From Macrostomum hystrix (taxonomy: Eukaryota; Animalia; Platyhelminthes), in contig CATNEN010000037.1 in NCBI GenBank assembly GCA_950097015.1, positions 2,170,001 to 2,234,000 of the forward strand: a DNA stretch of 64,000 nucleotides. Direction: 5' to 3'. Each line of letters starts with the position of its first letter. The first letter of the stretch is position 1. A program made the position numbers and the translations under genes. Shown here piece by piece: positions 36,651-50,803 of this stretch. A model generated the notes under the pieces. It did no database searches. It had not been told where the DNA came from and saw only the letters and a program-made list of their open reading frames with translations.

Positions 36651-39600
36651 TGGATTTCTAATCTATCCCATGGATGAGTGAGTAGAATGGATTGCTAATC
36701 TATCCCATGGATGAGTGAGTAGAATGGATTGCTAGTCTATCCCATGGATGAGTGAGTAGAATGGATTGCTTATCCATCCCATGGATGAGTGAGTAGAATG
36801 GATTGCTAATCTATCCCATGGATGCGTGAGTAGAATGGATTGCTAGTCTATCCCATGGATGCGTGAGTAGAATGGATTGCTAGTCTATCCCAAGGATGAG
36901 TCAGTAGAATGGATTGGTAGTCTATCCCATGGATGAGTGAGTAGAATGGATTGCTAATCTATCCCATGGATGCGTGAGTAGAATGGATTGCTAATCTATC
37001 CCAAGGATGAGTGAGTAGAATGGATTGCTAGTCTATCCCATGGATGCGTGAGTAGAATGGATTGCTAGTCTATCCCATGGATGAGTGAGTAGAATGGATT
37101 GCTAGTCTATCCCAAGGATGAGTGAGTAGAATGGATTGCTAGTCTATCCCAAGGATGAGTGAGTAGAATGGATTGCTAATCTATCCCATGGATGCGTGAG
37201 TAGAATGGATTGCTAGTCTATCCCAAGGATGAGTGAGTAGAATGGATTGCTAGTCTATCCCAAGGATGAGTGAGTAGAATGGATTGCTAGTCTATCCCAT
37301 GGATGAGTGAGTAGAATGGATTGCTAGTCTATACCATGGATGAGTGAGTAGAATGGATTGCCAGTCTATACCATGGATGAGTGAGCAGAATGGATTGCTA
37401 GTCTATCCCATGGATGAGTGAGCAGAATGGATTGCTAGTCTATCCCATGGATGCGTGAGTAGAATGGATTGCTAGTCTATCCCATGGATGCGTGAGCAGA
37501 ATGGACTGCTAGTCTATCCCAAGGATGAGTGAGTAGAATGGATTGCTAGTCTATACCATGGATGAGTGAGTAGAATGGATTGCCAGTCTATACCATGGAT
37601 GAGTGAGCAGAATGGATTGCTAGTCTATCACATGGATGCGTGAGTAGAATGGATTGCTAATCTATCCCATGGATGCGTGAGTAGAATGGATTGCTAATCT
37701 ATCCCATGGATGCGTGAGTAGAATGGATTGCTAATCTATCCCATGGATGCGTGAGTAGAATGGATTGCTAGTCTATCCCATGGATGAGTGAGTAGAATGG
37801 ATTGCTAATCTATCCCATGGATGCGTGAGTAGAATGGATTGCTAGTCTATCCCAAGGATGAGTGAGTAGAATGGATTGCTAGTCTATCCCAAGGATGCGT
37901 GAGTAGAATGGATTGCTAGTCTATCCCATGGATGAGTGAGTAGAATGGATTGGTAGTCTATCCCATGGATGAGTGAGTAGAATGGATTGCTAATCTATCC
38001 CATGGATGCGTGAGTAGAATGGATTGCTAATCTATCCCATGGATGCGTGAGTAGAATGGATTGCTAATCAATCCCATGGATGCGTGAGTAGAATGGATTG
38101 CTAGTCTATACCATGGATGAGTGAGTAGAATGGATTGCTAGTCTATCCCATGGATGAGTGAGTAGAATGGATTGCTAGTCTATCCCATGGATGAGTGAGT
38201 AGAATGGATTGCTAATCTATCCCATGGATGAGTGAGTAGAATGGATTGCTAATCTATCCCATGGATGCGTGAGTAGAATGGATTGCTAGTCTATCCCATG
38301 GATGCGTGAGTAGAATGGATTGCTAATCTATCCCATGGATGCGTGAGTAGAATGGATTGCTAATCTATCCCATGGATGCGTGAGTAGAATGGATTGCTAA
38401 TCTATCCCATGGATGCGTGAGTAGAATGGATTGCTAATCTATCCCATGGATGATTGAGTAGAATGGATTGCTAGTCTATCCCAAGGATGAGTGAGTAGAA
38501 TGGATTGCTAGTCTATCCCATGGATGAGTGAGTAGAATGGATTGCTAGTCTATCCCATGGATGCGTGAGTAGAATGGATTGCTAGTCTATCCCATGGATG
38601 CGTGAGTAGAATGGATTGCTAGTCTATCCCATGGATGAGTGAGTAGAATGGATTGCTAATCTATCCCATGGATGCGTGAGTAGAATGGATTGCTAGTCTA
38701 TCCCAAGGATGAGTGAGTAGAATGGATTGCTAGTCTATCCCATGGATGAGTGAGTAGAATGGATTGCTAGTCTATCCCATGGATGAGTGAGTAGAATGGA
38801 TTGCTAGTCTATCCCATGGATGCGTGAGTAGAATGGATTGCTAGTCTATCCCATGGATGAGTGAGTAGAATGGATTGCTAGTCTATCACAAGGATGAGTG
38901 AGTAGAATGGATTGCTAGTCTATCCCATGGATGCGTGAGTAGAATGGATTGCTAATCTATCCCAAGGATGAGTGAGTAGAATGGATTGCTAGTCTATCCC
39001 ATGGATGCGTGAGCAGAATGGATTGCTAGTCTATCCCAAGGATGAGTGAGTAGAATGGATTGCTAGTCTATCCCATGGATGCGTGAGTAGAATGGATTGC
39101 TAGTCTATCCCATGGATGAGTGAGTAGAATGGATTGCTAATCTATCCCATGGATGCGTGAGTAGAATGGATTGCTAGTCTATCCCAAGGATGAGTGAGTA
39201 GAATGGATTGCTAGTCTATCCCATGGATGAGTGAGTAGAATGGATTGCTAGTCTATCCCATGGATGAGTGAGTAGAATGGATTGCTAGTCTATCCCATGG
39301 ATGAGTGAGTAGAATGGATTGCTAGTCTATCCCAAGGATGAGTGAGTAGAATGGATTGCTAGTCTATACCATGGATGAGTGAGTAGAATGGATTGCCAGT
39401 CTATACCATGGATGAGTGAGCAGAATGGATTGCTAGTCTATCCCATGGATGCGTGAGTAGAATGGATTGCTAATCTATCCCAAGGATGAGTGAGTAGAAT
39501 GGATTGCTAGTCTATCCCATGGATGCGTGAGCAGAATGGATTGCTAGTCTATCCCAAGGATGCGTGAGTAGAATGGATTGCTAGTCTATCCCATGGATGA

Positions 39601-42600
39601 GTGAGTAGAATGGATTGCCAGTCTATCCCATGGATGAGTGAGCAGAATGGATTGCTAGTCTATCACATGGATGAGTGAGTAGAATGGATTGCTAATCTAT
39701 CCCATGGATGCGTGAGTAGAATGGATTGCTAATCTATCCCATGGATGAGTGAGTAGAATGGATTGCTAATCTATCCCATGGATGCGTGAGTAGAATGGAT
39801 TGCTAGTCTATCCCATGGATGAGTGAGTAGAATGGATTGCTAATCTATCCCATGGATGCGTGAGTAGAATGGATTGCTAGTCTATCCCAAGGATGAGTGA
39901 GTAGAATGGATTGCTAGTCTATACCATGGATGAGTGAGTAGAATGGATTGCTAGTCTATCCCATGGATGAGTGAGTAGAATGGATTGCTAGTCTATCCCA
40001 AGGATGAGTGAGTAGAATGGATTGCTAATCTATCCCATGGATGCGTGAGTAGAATGGATTGCTAGTCTATCCCATGGATGAGTGAGTAGAATGGATTGCT
40101 AGTCTATCCCATGGATGAGTGAGTAGAATGGATTGCCAGTCTATCCCATGGATGCGTGAGTAGAATGGATTGCTAGTCTATCCCAAGGATGAGTGAGTAG
40201 AATGGATTGCTATTCTATACCATGGATGAGTGAGTAGAATGGATTGCTAGTCTATCCCATGGATGAGTGAGTAGAATGGATTGCTAGTCTATCCCAAGGA
40301 TGAGTGAGTAGAATGGATTGCTAGTCTATCCCAAGGATGAGTGAGTAGAATGGATTGCTAGTCTATCCCATGGATGCGTGAGTAGAATGGATTGCTAATC
40401 TATCCCATGGATGCGTGAGTAGAATGGATTGCTAATCTATCCCATGGATGCGTGAGTAGAATGGATTGCTAATCTATCCCATGGATGCGTGAGTAGAATG
40501 GATTGCTAGTCTATCCCATGGATGAGTGAGTAGAATGGATTGCTAATCTATCCCATGGATGCGTGAGTAGAATGGATTGCTAGTCTATCCCAAGGATGAG
40601 TGAGTAGAATGGATTGCTAGTCTATCCCAAGGATGAGTGAGTAGAATGGATTGCTAGTCTATCCCAAGGATGAGTGAGTAGAATGGATTGCTAGTCTATC
40701 CCATGGATGCGTGAGCAGAATGGATCGCTAGTCTATACCATGGATGAGTGAGTAGAATGGATTGCTAGTCTATCCCATGGATGAGTGAGTAGAATGGATT
40801 GCTAGTCTATCACAAGGATGAGTGAGTAGAATGGATTGCTAGTCTATCCCATGGATGCGTGAGTAGAATGGATTGCTAATCTATCCCAAGGATGAGTGAG
40901 TAGAATGGATTGCTAGTCTATCCCATGGATGCGTGAGCAGAATGGATTGCTAGTCTATCCCAAGGATGAGTGAGTAGAATGGATTGCTAGTCTATCCCAT
41001 GGATGCGTGAGTAGAATGGATTGCTAGTCTATCCCATGGATGAGTGAGTAGAATGGATTGCTAATCTATCCCATGGATGCGTGAGTAGAATGGATTGCTA
41101 GTCTATCCCAAGGATGAGTGAGTAGAATGGATTGCTAGTCTATCCCATGGATGAGTGAGTAGAATGGATTGCTAGTCTATCCCATGGATGAGTGAGTAGA
41201 ATGGATTGCTAGTCTATCCCATGGATGAGTGAGTAGAATGGATTGCTAGTCTATCCCAAGGATGAGTGAGTAGAATGGATTGCTAGTCTATACCATGGAT
41301 GAGTGAGTAGAATGGATTGCCAGTCTATACCATGGATGAGTGAGCAGAATGGATTGCTAGTCTATCCCATGGATGCGTGAGTAGAATGGATTGCTAATCT
41401 ATCCCAAGGATGAGTGAGTAGAATGGATTGCTAGTCTATCCCATGGATGCGTGAGCAGAATGGATTGCTAGTCTATCCCAAGGATGCGTGAGTAGAATGG
41501 ATTGCTAGTCTATCCCATGGATGAGTGAGTAGAATGGATTGCCAGTCTATCCCATGGATGAGTGAGCAGAATGGATTGCTAGTCTATCACATGGATGAGT
41601 GAGTAGAATGGATTGCTAATCTATCCCATGGATGCGTGAGTAGAATGGATTGCTAATCTATCCCATGGATGAGTGAGTAGAATGGATTGCTAATCTATCC
41701 CATGGATGCGTGAGTAGAATGGATTGCTAGTCTATCCCATGGATGAGTGAGTAGAATGGATTGCTAATCTATCCCATGGATGCGTGAGTAGAATGGATTG
41801 CTAGTCTATCCCAAGGATGAGTGAGTAGAATGGATTGCTAGTCTATACCATGGATGAGTGAGTAGAATGGATTGCTAGTCTATCCCATGGATGAGTGAGT
41901 AGAATGGATTGCTAGTCTATCCCAAGGATGAGTGAGTAGAATGGATTGCTAATCTATCCCATGGATGCGTGAGTAGAATGGATTGCTAGTCTATCCCATG
42001 GATGAGTGAGTAGAATGGATTGCTAGTCTATCCCATGGATGAGTGAGTAGAATGGATTGCCAGTCTATCCCATGGATGCGTGAGTAGAATGGATTGCTAG
42101 TCTATCCCAAGGATGAGTGAGTAGAATGGATTGCTATTCTATACCATGGATGAGTGAGTAGAATGGATTGCTAGTCTATCCCATGGATGAGTGAGTAGAA
42201 TGGATTGCTAGTCTATCCCAAGGATGAGTGAGTAGAATGGATTGCTAGTCTATCCCAAGGATGAGTGAGTAGAATGGATTGCTAGTCTATCCCATGGATG
42301 CGTGAGTAGAATGGATTGCTAATCTATCCCATGGATGCGTGAGTAGAATGGATTGCTAATCTATCCCATGGATGCGTGAGTAGAATGGATTGCTAATCTA
42401 TCCCATGGATGCGTGAGTAGAATGGATTGCTAGTCTATCCCATGGATGAGTGAGTAGAATGGATTGCTAATCTATCCCATGGATGCGTGAGTAGAATGGA
42501 TTGCTAGTCTATCCCAAGGATGAGTGAGTAGAATGGATTGCTAGTCTATCCCAAGGATGAGTGAGTAGAATGGATTGCTAGTCTATCCCAAGGATGAGTG

Positions 42601-45600
42601 AGTAGAATGGATTGCTAGTCTATCCCATGGATGCGTGAGCAGAATGGATCGCTAGTCTATACCATGGATGAGTGAGTAGAATGGATTGCTAGTCTATCCC
42701 ATGGATGAGTGAGTAGAATGGATTGCCAGTCTATACCATGGATGAGTGAGCAGAATGGATTGCTAGTCTATCCCATGGATGAGTGAGTAGAATGGATTGC
42801 TAATCTATCCCATGGATGCGTGAGTAGAATGGATTGCTAGTCTATCCCATGGATGAGTGAGTAGAATGGATTGCTAGTCTATACCATGGATGAGTGAGTA
42901 GAATGGATTGCTAATCTATACCATGGATGAGTGAGTAGAATGGATTGCTAGTCTATACCATGGATGAGTGAGTAGAATGGATTGCTAGTCTATACCATGG
43001 ATGAGTGAGTAGAATGGATTGCCAGTCTATACCATGGATGAGTGAGTAGAATGGATTGCTAGTCTATCCCATGGATGCGTGAGTAGAATGGATTGCTAAT
43101 CTATCCCAAGGATGAGTGAGTAGTATGGATTGCTAGTCTATCCCATGGATGCGTGAGCAGAATGGATTGCTAGTCTATCCCAAGGATGAGTGAGTAGAAT
43201 GGATTGCTAGTCTATACCATGGATGAGTGAGTAGAATGGATTGCCAGTCTATACCATGGATGAGTGAGTAGAATGGATTGCTAGTCTATCCCAAGGATGA
43301 GTGAGTAGAATGGATTGCTAGTCTATCCCATGGATGCGTGAGTAGAATGGATTGCTAGTCTATCCCAAGGATGAGTGAGTAGAATGGATTGCTAGTCTAT
43401 CCCATGGATGCGTGAGTAGAATGGATTGCTAATCTATCCCATGGATGCGTGAGTAGAATGGATTGCTAATCTATCCCATGGATGCGTGAGTAGAATGGAT
43501 TGCTAGTCTATCCCATGGATGAGTGAGTAGAATGGATTGCTAATCTATCCCATGGATGCGTGAGTAGAATGGATTGCTAGTCTATCCCAAGGATGAGTGA
43601 GTAGAATGGATTGCTAGTCTATCCCATGGATGCGTGAGTAGAATGGATTGCTAATCTATCCCATGGATGAGTGAGTAGAATGGATTGCCAGTCTATACCA
43701 TGGATGAGTGAGCAGAATGGATTGCCAGTCTATCCCAAGGATGAGTGAGTAGAATGGATTGCTAGTCTATCCCAAGGATGAGTGAGTAGAATGGATTGCT
43801 AGTCTATCCCAAGGATGAGTGAGTAGAATGGATTGCTAGTCTATCCCATGGATGCGTGAGTAGAATGGATTGCTAATCTATCCCATGGATGCGTGAGTAG
43901 AATGGATTGCTAGTCTATCCCATGGATGAGTGAGTAGAATGGATTGCTAGTCTATCCCAAGGATGAGTGAGTAGAATGGATTGCTAGTCTATCCCAAGGA
44001 TGAGTGAGTAGAATGGATTGCTAGTCTATCCCAAGGATGAGTGAGTAGAATGGATTGCTAGTCTATCCCATGGATGCGTGAGCAGAATGGATTGCTAGTC
44101 TATCCCAAGGATGAGTGAGTAGAATGGATTGCTAGTCTATACCATGGATGAGTGAGTAGAATGGATTGCTAGTCTATCCCATGGATGAGTGAGTAGAATG
44201 GATTGCCAGTCTATGCCATGGATGAGTGAGCAGAATGGATTGCTAGTCTATCACATGGATGCGTGAGTAGAATGGATTGCTAGTCTATCCCATGGATGCG
44301 TGAGTAGAATGGATTGCTAATCTATCCCAAGGATGAGTGAGTAGAATGGATTGCTAGTCTATCCCATGGATGCGTGAGCAGAATGGATTGCTAGTCTATC
44401 CCAAGGATGAGTGAGTAGAATGGATTGCTAGTCTATACCATGGATGAGTGAGTAGAATGGATTGCCAGTCTATACCATGGATGAGTGAGCAGAATGGATT
44501 GCTAGTCTATCCCATGGATGCGTGAGTAGAATGGATTGCTAATCTATCCCAAGGATGAGTGAGTAGAATGGATTGCTAGTCTATCCCATGGATGCGTGAG
44601 CAGAATGGATTGCCAGTCTATACCATGGATGAGTGAGTAGAATGGATTGCTAATCTATCCCATGGATGCGTGAGTAGAATGGATTGCTAGTCTATCCCAA
44701 GGATGAGTGAGTAGAATGGATTGCTAGTCTATACCATGGATGCGTGAGTAGAATGGATTGCTAATCTATCCCATGGATGCGTGAGTAGAATGGATTGCTA
44801 ATCTATCCCATGGATGCGTGAGTAGAATGGATTGCTAGTCTATCCCATGGATGAGTGAGTAGAATGGATTGCTAATCTATCCCATGGATGCGTGAGTAGA
44901 ATGGATTGCTAGTCTATCCCAAGGATGAGTGAGTAGAATGGATTGCTAGTCTATCCCATGGATGCGTGAGTAGAATGGATTGCTAATCTATCCCATGGAT
45001 GAGTGAGTAGAATGGATTGCCAGTCTATACCATGGATGAGTGAGCAGAATGGATTGCCAGTCTATCCCAAGGATGAGTGAGTAGAATGGATTGCTAGTCT
45101 ATCCCAAGGATGAGTGAGTAGAATGGATTGCTAGTCTATCCCAAGGATGAGTGAGTAGAATGGATTGCTAGTCTATCCCATGGATGCGTGAGTAGAATGG
45201 ATTGCTAATCTATCCCATGGATGCGTGAGTAGAATGGATTGCTAATCTATCCCATGGATGCGTGAGTAGAATGGATTGCTAGTCTATCCCATGGATGAGT
45301 GAGTAGAATGGATTGCTAGTCTATCCCATGGATGAGTGAGTAGAATGGATTGCTAATCTATCCCATGGATGCGTGAGTAGAATGGATTGCTAATCTATCC
45401 CATGGATGCGTGAGTAGAATGGATTGCTAGTCTATCCCATGGATGAGTGAGTAGAATGGATTGCTAATCTATCCCATGGATGCGTGAGTAGAATGGATTT
45501 CTAGTCTATCCCAAGGATGAGTGAGTAGAATGGATTGCTAGTCTATCCCATGGATGCGTGAGTAGAATGGATTGCTAATCTATCCCATGGATGAGTGAGT

Positions 45601-47197
45601 AGAATGGATTGCCAGTCTATACCATGGATGAGTGAGCAGAATGGATTGCCAGTCTATCCCAAGGATGAGTGAGTAGAATGGATTGCTAGTCTATCCCAAG
45701 GATGAGTGAGTAGAATGGATTGCTAGTCTATCCCAAGGATGAGTGAGTAGAATGGATTGCTAGTCTATCCCATGGATGCGTGAGTAGAATGGATTGCTAA
45801 TCTATCCCATGGATGCGTGAGTAGAATGGATTGCTAATCTATCCCATGGATGCGTGAGTAGAATGGATTGCTAGTCTATCCCATGGATGAGTGAGTAGAA
45901 TGGATTGCTAGTCTATCCCATGGATGAGTGAGTAGAATGGATTGCTAGTCTATCCCAAGGATGAGTGAGTAGAATGGATTGCTAGTCTATCCCAAGGATG
46001 AGTGAGTAGAATGGATTGCTAGTCTATCCCAAGGATGAGTGAGTAGAATGGATTGCTAGTCTATCCCAAGGATGAGTGAGTAGAATGGATTGCTAGTCTA
46101 TCCCATGGATGCGTGAGCAGAATGGATTGCTAGTCTATCCCAAGGATGAGTGAGTAGAATGGATTGCTAGTCTATACCATGGATGAGTGAGTAGAATGGA
46201 TTGCTAGTCTATCCCATGGATGAGTGAGTAGAATGGATTGCCAGTCTATGCCATGGATGAGTGAGCAGAATGGATTGCTAGTCTATCACATGGATGCGTG
46301 AGTAGAATGGATTGCTAGTCTATCCCATGGATGCGTGAGTAGAATGGATTGCTAATCTATCCCAAGGATGAGTGAGTAGAATGGATTGCTAGTCTATCCC
46401 ATGGATGCGTGAGCAGAATGGATTGCTAGTCTATCCCAAGGATGAGTGAGTAGAATGGATTGCTAGTCTATACCATGGATGAGTGAGTAGAATGGATTGC
46501 CAGTCTATACCATGGATGAGTGAGCAGAATGGATTGCTAGTCTATCCCATGGATGCGTGAGTAGAATGGATTGCTAATCTATCCCAAGGATGAGTGAGTA
46601 GAATGGATTGCTAGTCTATCCCATGGATGCGTGAGCAGAATGGATTGCCAGTCTATACCATGGATGAGTGAGCAGAATGGATTGCTAGTCTATCACATGG
46701 ATGCGTGAGTAGAATGGATTGCTAATCTATCCCATGGATGCGTGAGTAGAATGGATTGCTAATCTATCCCATGGATGCGTGAGTAGAATGGATTGCTAAT
46801 CTATCCCATGGATGCGTGAGTAGAATGGATTGCTAGTCTATCCCATGGATGAGTGAGTAGAATGGATTGCTAATCTATCCCATGGATGCGTGAGTAGAAT
46901 GGATTGCTAGTCTATCCCAAGGATGAGTGAGTAGAATGGATTGCTAATCTATCCCATGGATGCGTGAGTAGAATGGATTGCTAGTCTATCCCAAGGATGA
47001 GTGAGTAGAATGGATTGCTAGTCTATCCCAAGGATGAGTGAGTAGAATGGATTGCTAGTCTATCCCATGGATGCGTGAGTAGAATGGATTGCTAATCTAT
47101 CCCATGGATGCGTGAGTAGAATGGATTGCTAATCTATCCCATGGATGCGTGAGTAGAATGGATTGCTAATCTATCCCATGGATGAGTGAGTAGAATA
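36651..47197. repeat. 37-bp satellite (CTATCCCATGGATGAGTGAGTAGAATGGATTGCTA(A/G)T), ~285 copies, 10.5 kb, receptor intron 1
   Basis: Period 37 checked; higher-order duplications at offsets of 52 and 55 monomers. Confidence 0.98.
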
Positions 47198-47826
47198 GAT
47201 TTCCGAAATGGAAGATTCACAGCAAGTTTTTAGGCAAGACATTCCACCAAGTATGAAATTAATGTGCCTGATGTGACGATGAAAGATTCTAAATGTAAGA
47301 ATTTGTTGAAAATTTATTGAAAATGTCCAAGAAACCTGCAAGAAATTCAACTGGCACATGATGCATCGCTTATTGACTTACTTTGCCAGCGTTTAAACTA
47401 TAGGTTCTCGTCTAGCAATCTGTGAGCCCAAGCCACACGGAGACTCAGCATCACCGCCAGATGCATGGCAATCATTTGTGTTCGCGTCCCCAGCTTCCAT
47501 ACTGCCCCTCAACTCCCCAGCAACCAGGTTCGTGCCCGGTATGAATAATTGAGCAAAAGAAGTTTTTTTGAGTCCTACAATATTGTTGGATATCCTACAA
47601 CCCCCGAACCCACACGGCCGCTAAATTTTGATTGCCTTAACCAATTGTTCCCTACGCGCTTCGCTTTCTGAATTCATTTTAGGCGACCAAAACTTTGACT
47701 GCTCCTTCGGACAGTTTGAGTTTGAGACAAGTCTGTTAGTACACACTCACTCACTCACACATCTCATTAATTGTGAGCTATTCATAGACAGTACCTTTGG
47801 CTCGTTTGTGTTTTGTGTACTCTTTC

Positions 47827-48121
47827 GTAGAGGTTGTAGCCTAGTGGTTAGAGCGTCGGACTCACGACTTGAAGGTCGGGGGTTCGATACCCGACTCCAC
47901 TGGAACAATTTGTGTATTTTACCAAGACACTTAACTGTGAATTGCTTCAGTTCACCCAGCTGTTAAATGGGTACCAGCATCAGCTGGGATAATTGAAGGT
48001 GGGTGTGGCGTCCCACCAGTCCATGGACTGAACAGCTGTACGCAGCCTTCAGATGCGCCGCGCAATAGCTGCGGCTGTGCTGTCTGCTGCACATCTGGCC
48101 CAATTGGGGCAGGTGTAATCA

Positions 48122-48178
<57 letters not shown>
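47827..48178 (+). mobile_element. Full-length tRNA-derived SINE with a CORE-like central domain
   Basis: A box TAGCCTAGTGG (47837), B box GGTTCGATACC (47881), central CAAGACACTTAAC...CTTCAGTTCACCCAGCTGTTAAATGGG, (ATT)n tail, and TSD TGTACTCTTTC at 47816-47826 and 48178-48188. Confidence 0.85.
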
Positions 48179-48306
48179 GTACTCTTTCACTTTACTCCTG
48201 CTAAAAATACCAGTTTTCGTCTAATGGGGCCGCAGTTGAGCTGGGTCATTGGAACCTGTCTGATCACGGGTGAGCTGGGTCATGTGGCACAGGTGTGCCT
48301 TACCAT

Positions 48307-49260
48307 TCGATCTGTCTGAGCACAGGTGGATCTGTCTGAGCACAGGTGGATCTGTCTGAGCACAGGTGGATCTGTCTGAGCACAGGGGGGATCTGTCTGA
48401 GCACAGGTGGATCTGTCTGAGCACAGGGGGGATCTGTCGGAGCACAGGTGGGTCTGTCTGAGCACAGGGGGGTCTGTCTGAGCACAGGTGGATCTGTCTG
48501 AGCACAGGTGGATCTGTCTGAGCACAGGTGGATCTGTCTGAGCACAGGGGGGGGTCTGTCTGAGCACAGGTGGATCTGTCTGAGCACAGGGGGGATCTGT
48601 CTGAGCACAGGTGGGTCTGTCTGAGCACAGGTGGATTTGTCTGAGCACAGGTGGGTCTGTCTGAGCACAGGGGGATCTGTCTGAGCACAGGGGGGATCTG
48701 TCTGAGCACAGGTGGATCTGTCTGAGCACACGTGGATCTGTCTGAGCACAGGGGGGATCTGTCTGAGCACAGGGGGATCTGTCTGAGCACAGGGGGGATC
48801 TGTCTGAGCACAGGTGGGTCTGTCTGAGCACAGGTGGATCTGTCGGAGCACAGGTGGGTCTGTCTGAGCACAAGGGGATCTGTCTGAGCACAGGGGAGAT
48901 CTGTCTGAGCACAGGTGGATCTGTCTGAGCACAAGGGGATCTGTCTGAGCACAGGGGGGATCTGTCTGAGCACAGGTGGGTCTGTCTGAGCACAAGGGGA
49001 TCTGTCTGAGCACAGGTGGATTTGTCTGAGCACAGGTGGGTCTGTCTGAGCACAGGGGGATCTGTCTGAGCACAGGTGGATCTGTCTGAGCACAAGGGGA
49101 TCTGTCTGAGCACAGGGGGGATCTGTCTGAGCACAGGGGGGATCTGTCTGAGCACAGGGGGGATCTGTCTGAGCACAGGGGGGATCTGTCTGAGCACAGG
49201 GGGGATCTGTCTGAGCACAGGGGGGATCTGTCTGAGCACAGGGGGGGTCTGTCTGAGCAC
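48307..49260. repeat. ~20-bp minisatellite (TCTGTCTGAGCACAGGTGGA, variable G run), ~46 copies
   Basis: Tandem periodicity. Confidence 0.96.
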
Positions 49261-49571
49261 ATTTGTCAGTGGCGTGTTGTATAAACTATAAATCTATAAC
49301 TAAATTTTGTTACTGGCAAGGCTATTTTTCTTCAGAGCTATTCCCATCTCCCTCAGCAATAAACCCGATATTTTTTGCCAGCGATTTAGAAATCATTGCC
49401 ATGGCTAGGATAGGAATCTATTATCTGCGGAAATTGGCTCCGCAAAAGAAGCTGCCTGAAGCCACAGAAGAAAAATAATTCAGGCCATTCTGAAAGAATT
49501 TTCTATCAGGCCTGACATTTTTATTTAATAATATTTAATATTTCCCGCCAACCTCTCCCTGACGACCGCAG

Positions 49572-49684
49572 GTTCGCAACGGTCATTGGGATTTCTCGGA
49601 CACTCTGTGCGACCTGTGGATTATGTGCGATGCACTATTTAGCACCGCCTCCATCCTCAACCTGGTAGCCATTAGTATTGACAG
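49572..49684 (+). CDS. DRD2: D2-like dopamine receptor exon 2 (ECL1, TM3)
   Basis: Acceptor ccgcag|; VRNGHWDFSDTLCDLWIMCDALFSTASILNLVAISID-R, with amine-binding Asp3.32; donor AG|gtaagc, phase 2. Not in the ORF track. Confidence 0.93.
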
Positions 49685-50361
49685 GTAAGCTATCCAACTC
49701 AGTCATCAATTATCGATAGCTACTCATAACTGTACGGCAACTATCAATAGACTGTACCTGTAGCTGAGTTATGTAAAATCTCAGCAGCATATGTCAGAAT
49801 AAGTTATTTAGCTCGTATCACTATCGGTAAATCTTGAGAGTCTGTGCCCGCGTGCCCGCTATTATTCATCCCAAGCTTAGGGATAATGAACGCGTGCCAG
49901 AACAGCTCAACAACGATTGCTGGCTTCGTCATGCAAATTAAGGGAACCGCCGACCCCCGCCATACCCGCTGTTTCTATCCCAGAATGTTTTCCCCTGCCG
50001 ACTTCTCAGGGGGGGGGATGGAAATCCCAAAAACTCTACCTTAGTAAATTGTGGCACGGGAAAATCAGCAGATTAGATAAGAAAGCCAAGCATTGTTGAC
50101 CGTCTGGGCTGAATTTCTGGAATCAATAAAAATGCATCGGACCTACACAGCTGCGTGCTCAAGGCTGGGAATAGAGACTCAATTATTTGCAAACACCCGA
50201 CTGGGGCATGCGTGCGATGTTTGGCTTCGAGCCTATTACGGGACGGAAACCCGCTGAAATTAGTTAACTGTAATTGCTGATTCGTTTAACGGTTTGTCAG
50301 GCAAGCAATTTTAGACTACAGACAAGACTGCTATCGTCCGTTAATCACGAATGGGGGCTAC

Positions 50362-50803
50362 ATCACAGCCATAGAATCACAGTCTTATCACAGCCATAGA
50401 ACCACAGTATAATCACAGACAAAGAACCACAGTCTAATCACAGCCATAGAATCACAGTCTTATCACAGCCATAGAACCACAGTATAATCACAGCCATAGA
50501 ACCACAATCTAATCACAGCCATAGAACCGTAGTCTTATCACAGCCATAGAACCACAGTATAATCACAGACAAAGAACCACAGTCTAATCACAGCCATAGA
50601 ATCACAGTCTTATCACAGCCATAGAACCACAGTATAATCACAGACAAAGAACCACAGTCTAATCACAGCCATAGAACTGCAGTCTTATCACAGCCATAGA
50701 ACCACAGTCTAATCCCAGCCATAGAACCACAATCTAATCACAGCCATAGAACCACAGTCTAATCACAGCCATAGAACCACAATCTAATCACAGCCATAGA
50801 ATC
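50362..50803. repeat. 25-bp minisatellite (ATCACAGCCATAGAACCACAGTCTA), ~17 copies, receptor intron 2
   Basis: Period 25 checked. Confidence 0.94.

Noticed and set aside
24286-47197. CRISPR array call for the regular 23-44-bp repeats
   Set aside because: Monomers are head-to-tail with no unique spacers, there are no cas genes, and the context is spliced eukaryotic genes.
47830-47900. Functional tRNA gene
   Set aside because: The acceptor and anticodon stems do not pair well, there is no oligo-T terminator, and it continues into a SINE body with tail and TSD.
48221-49291. 290-326-aa ORFs (CSDRSP.../VLRQIP...)
   Set aside because: Translations of the 20-bp minisatellite.
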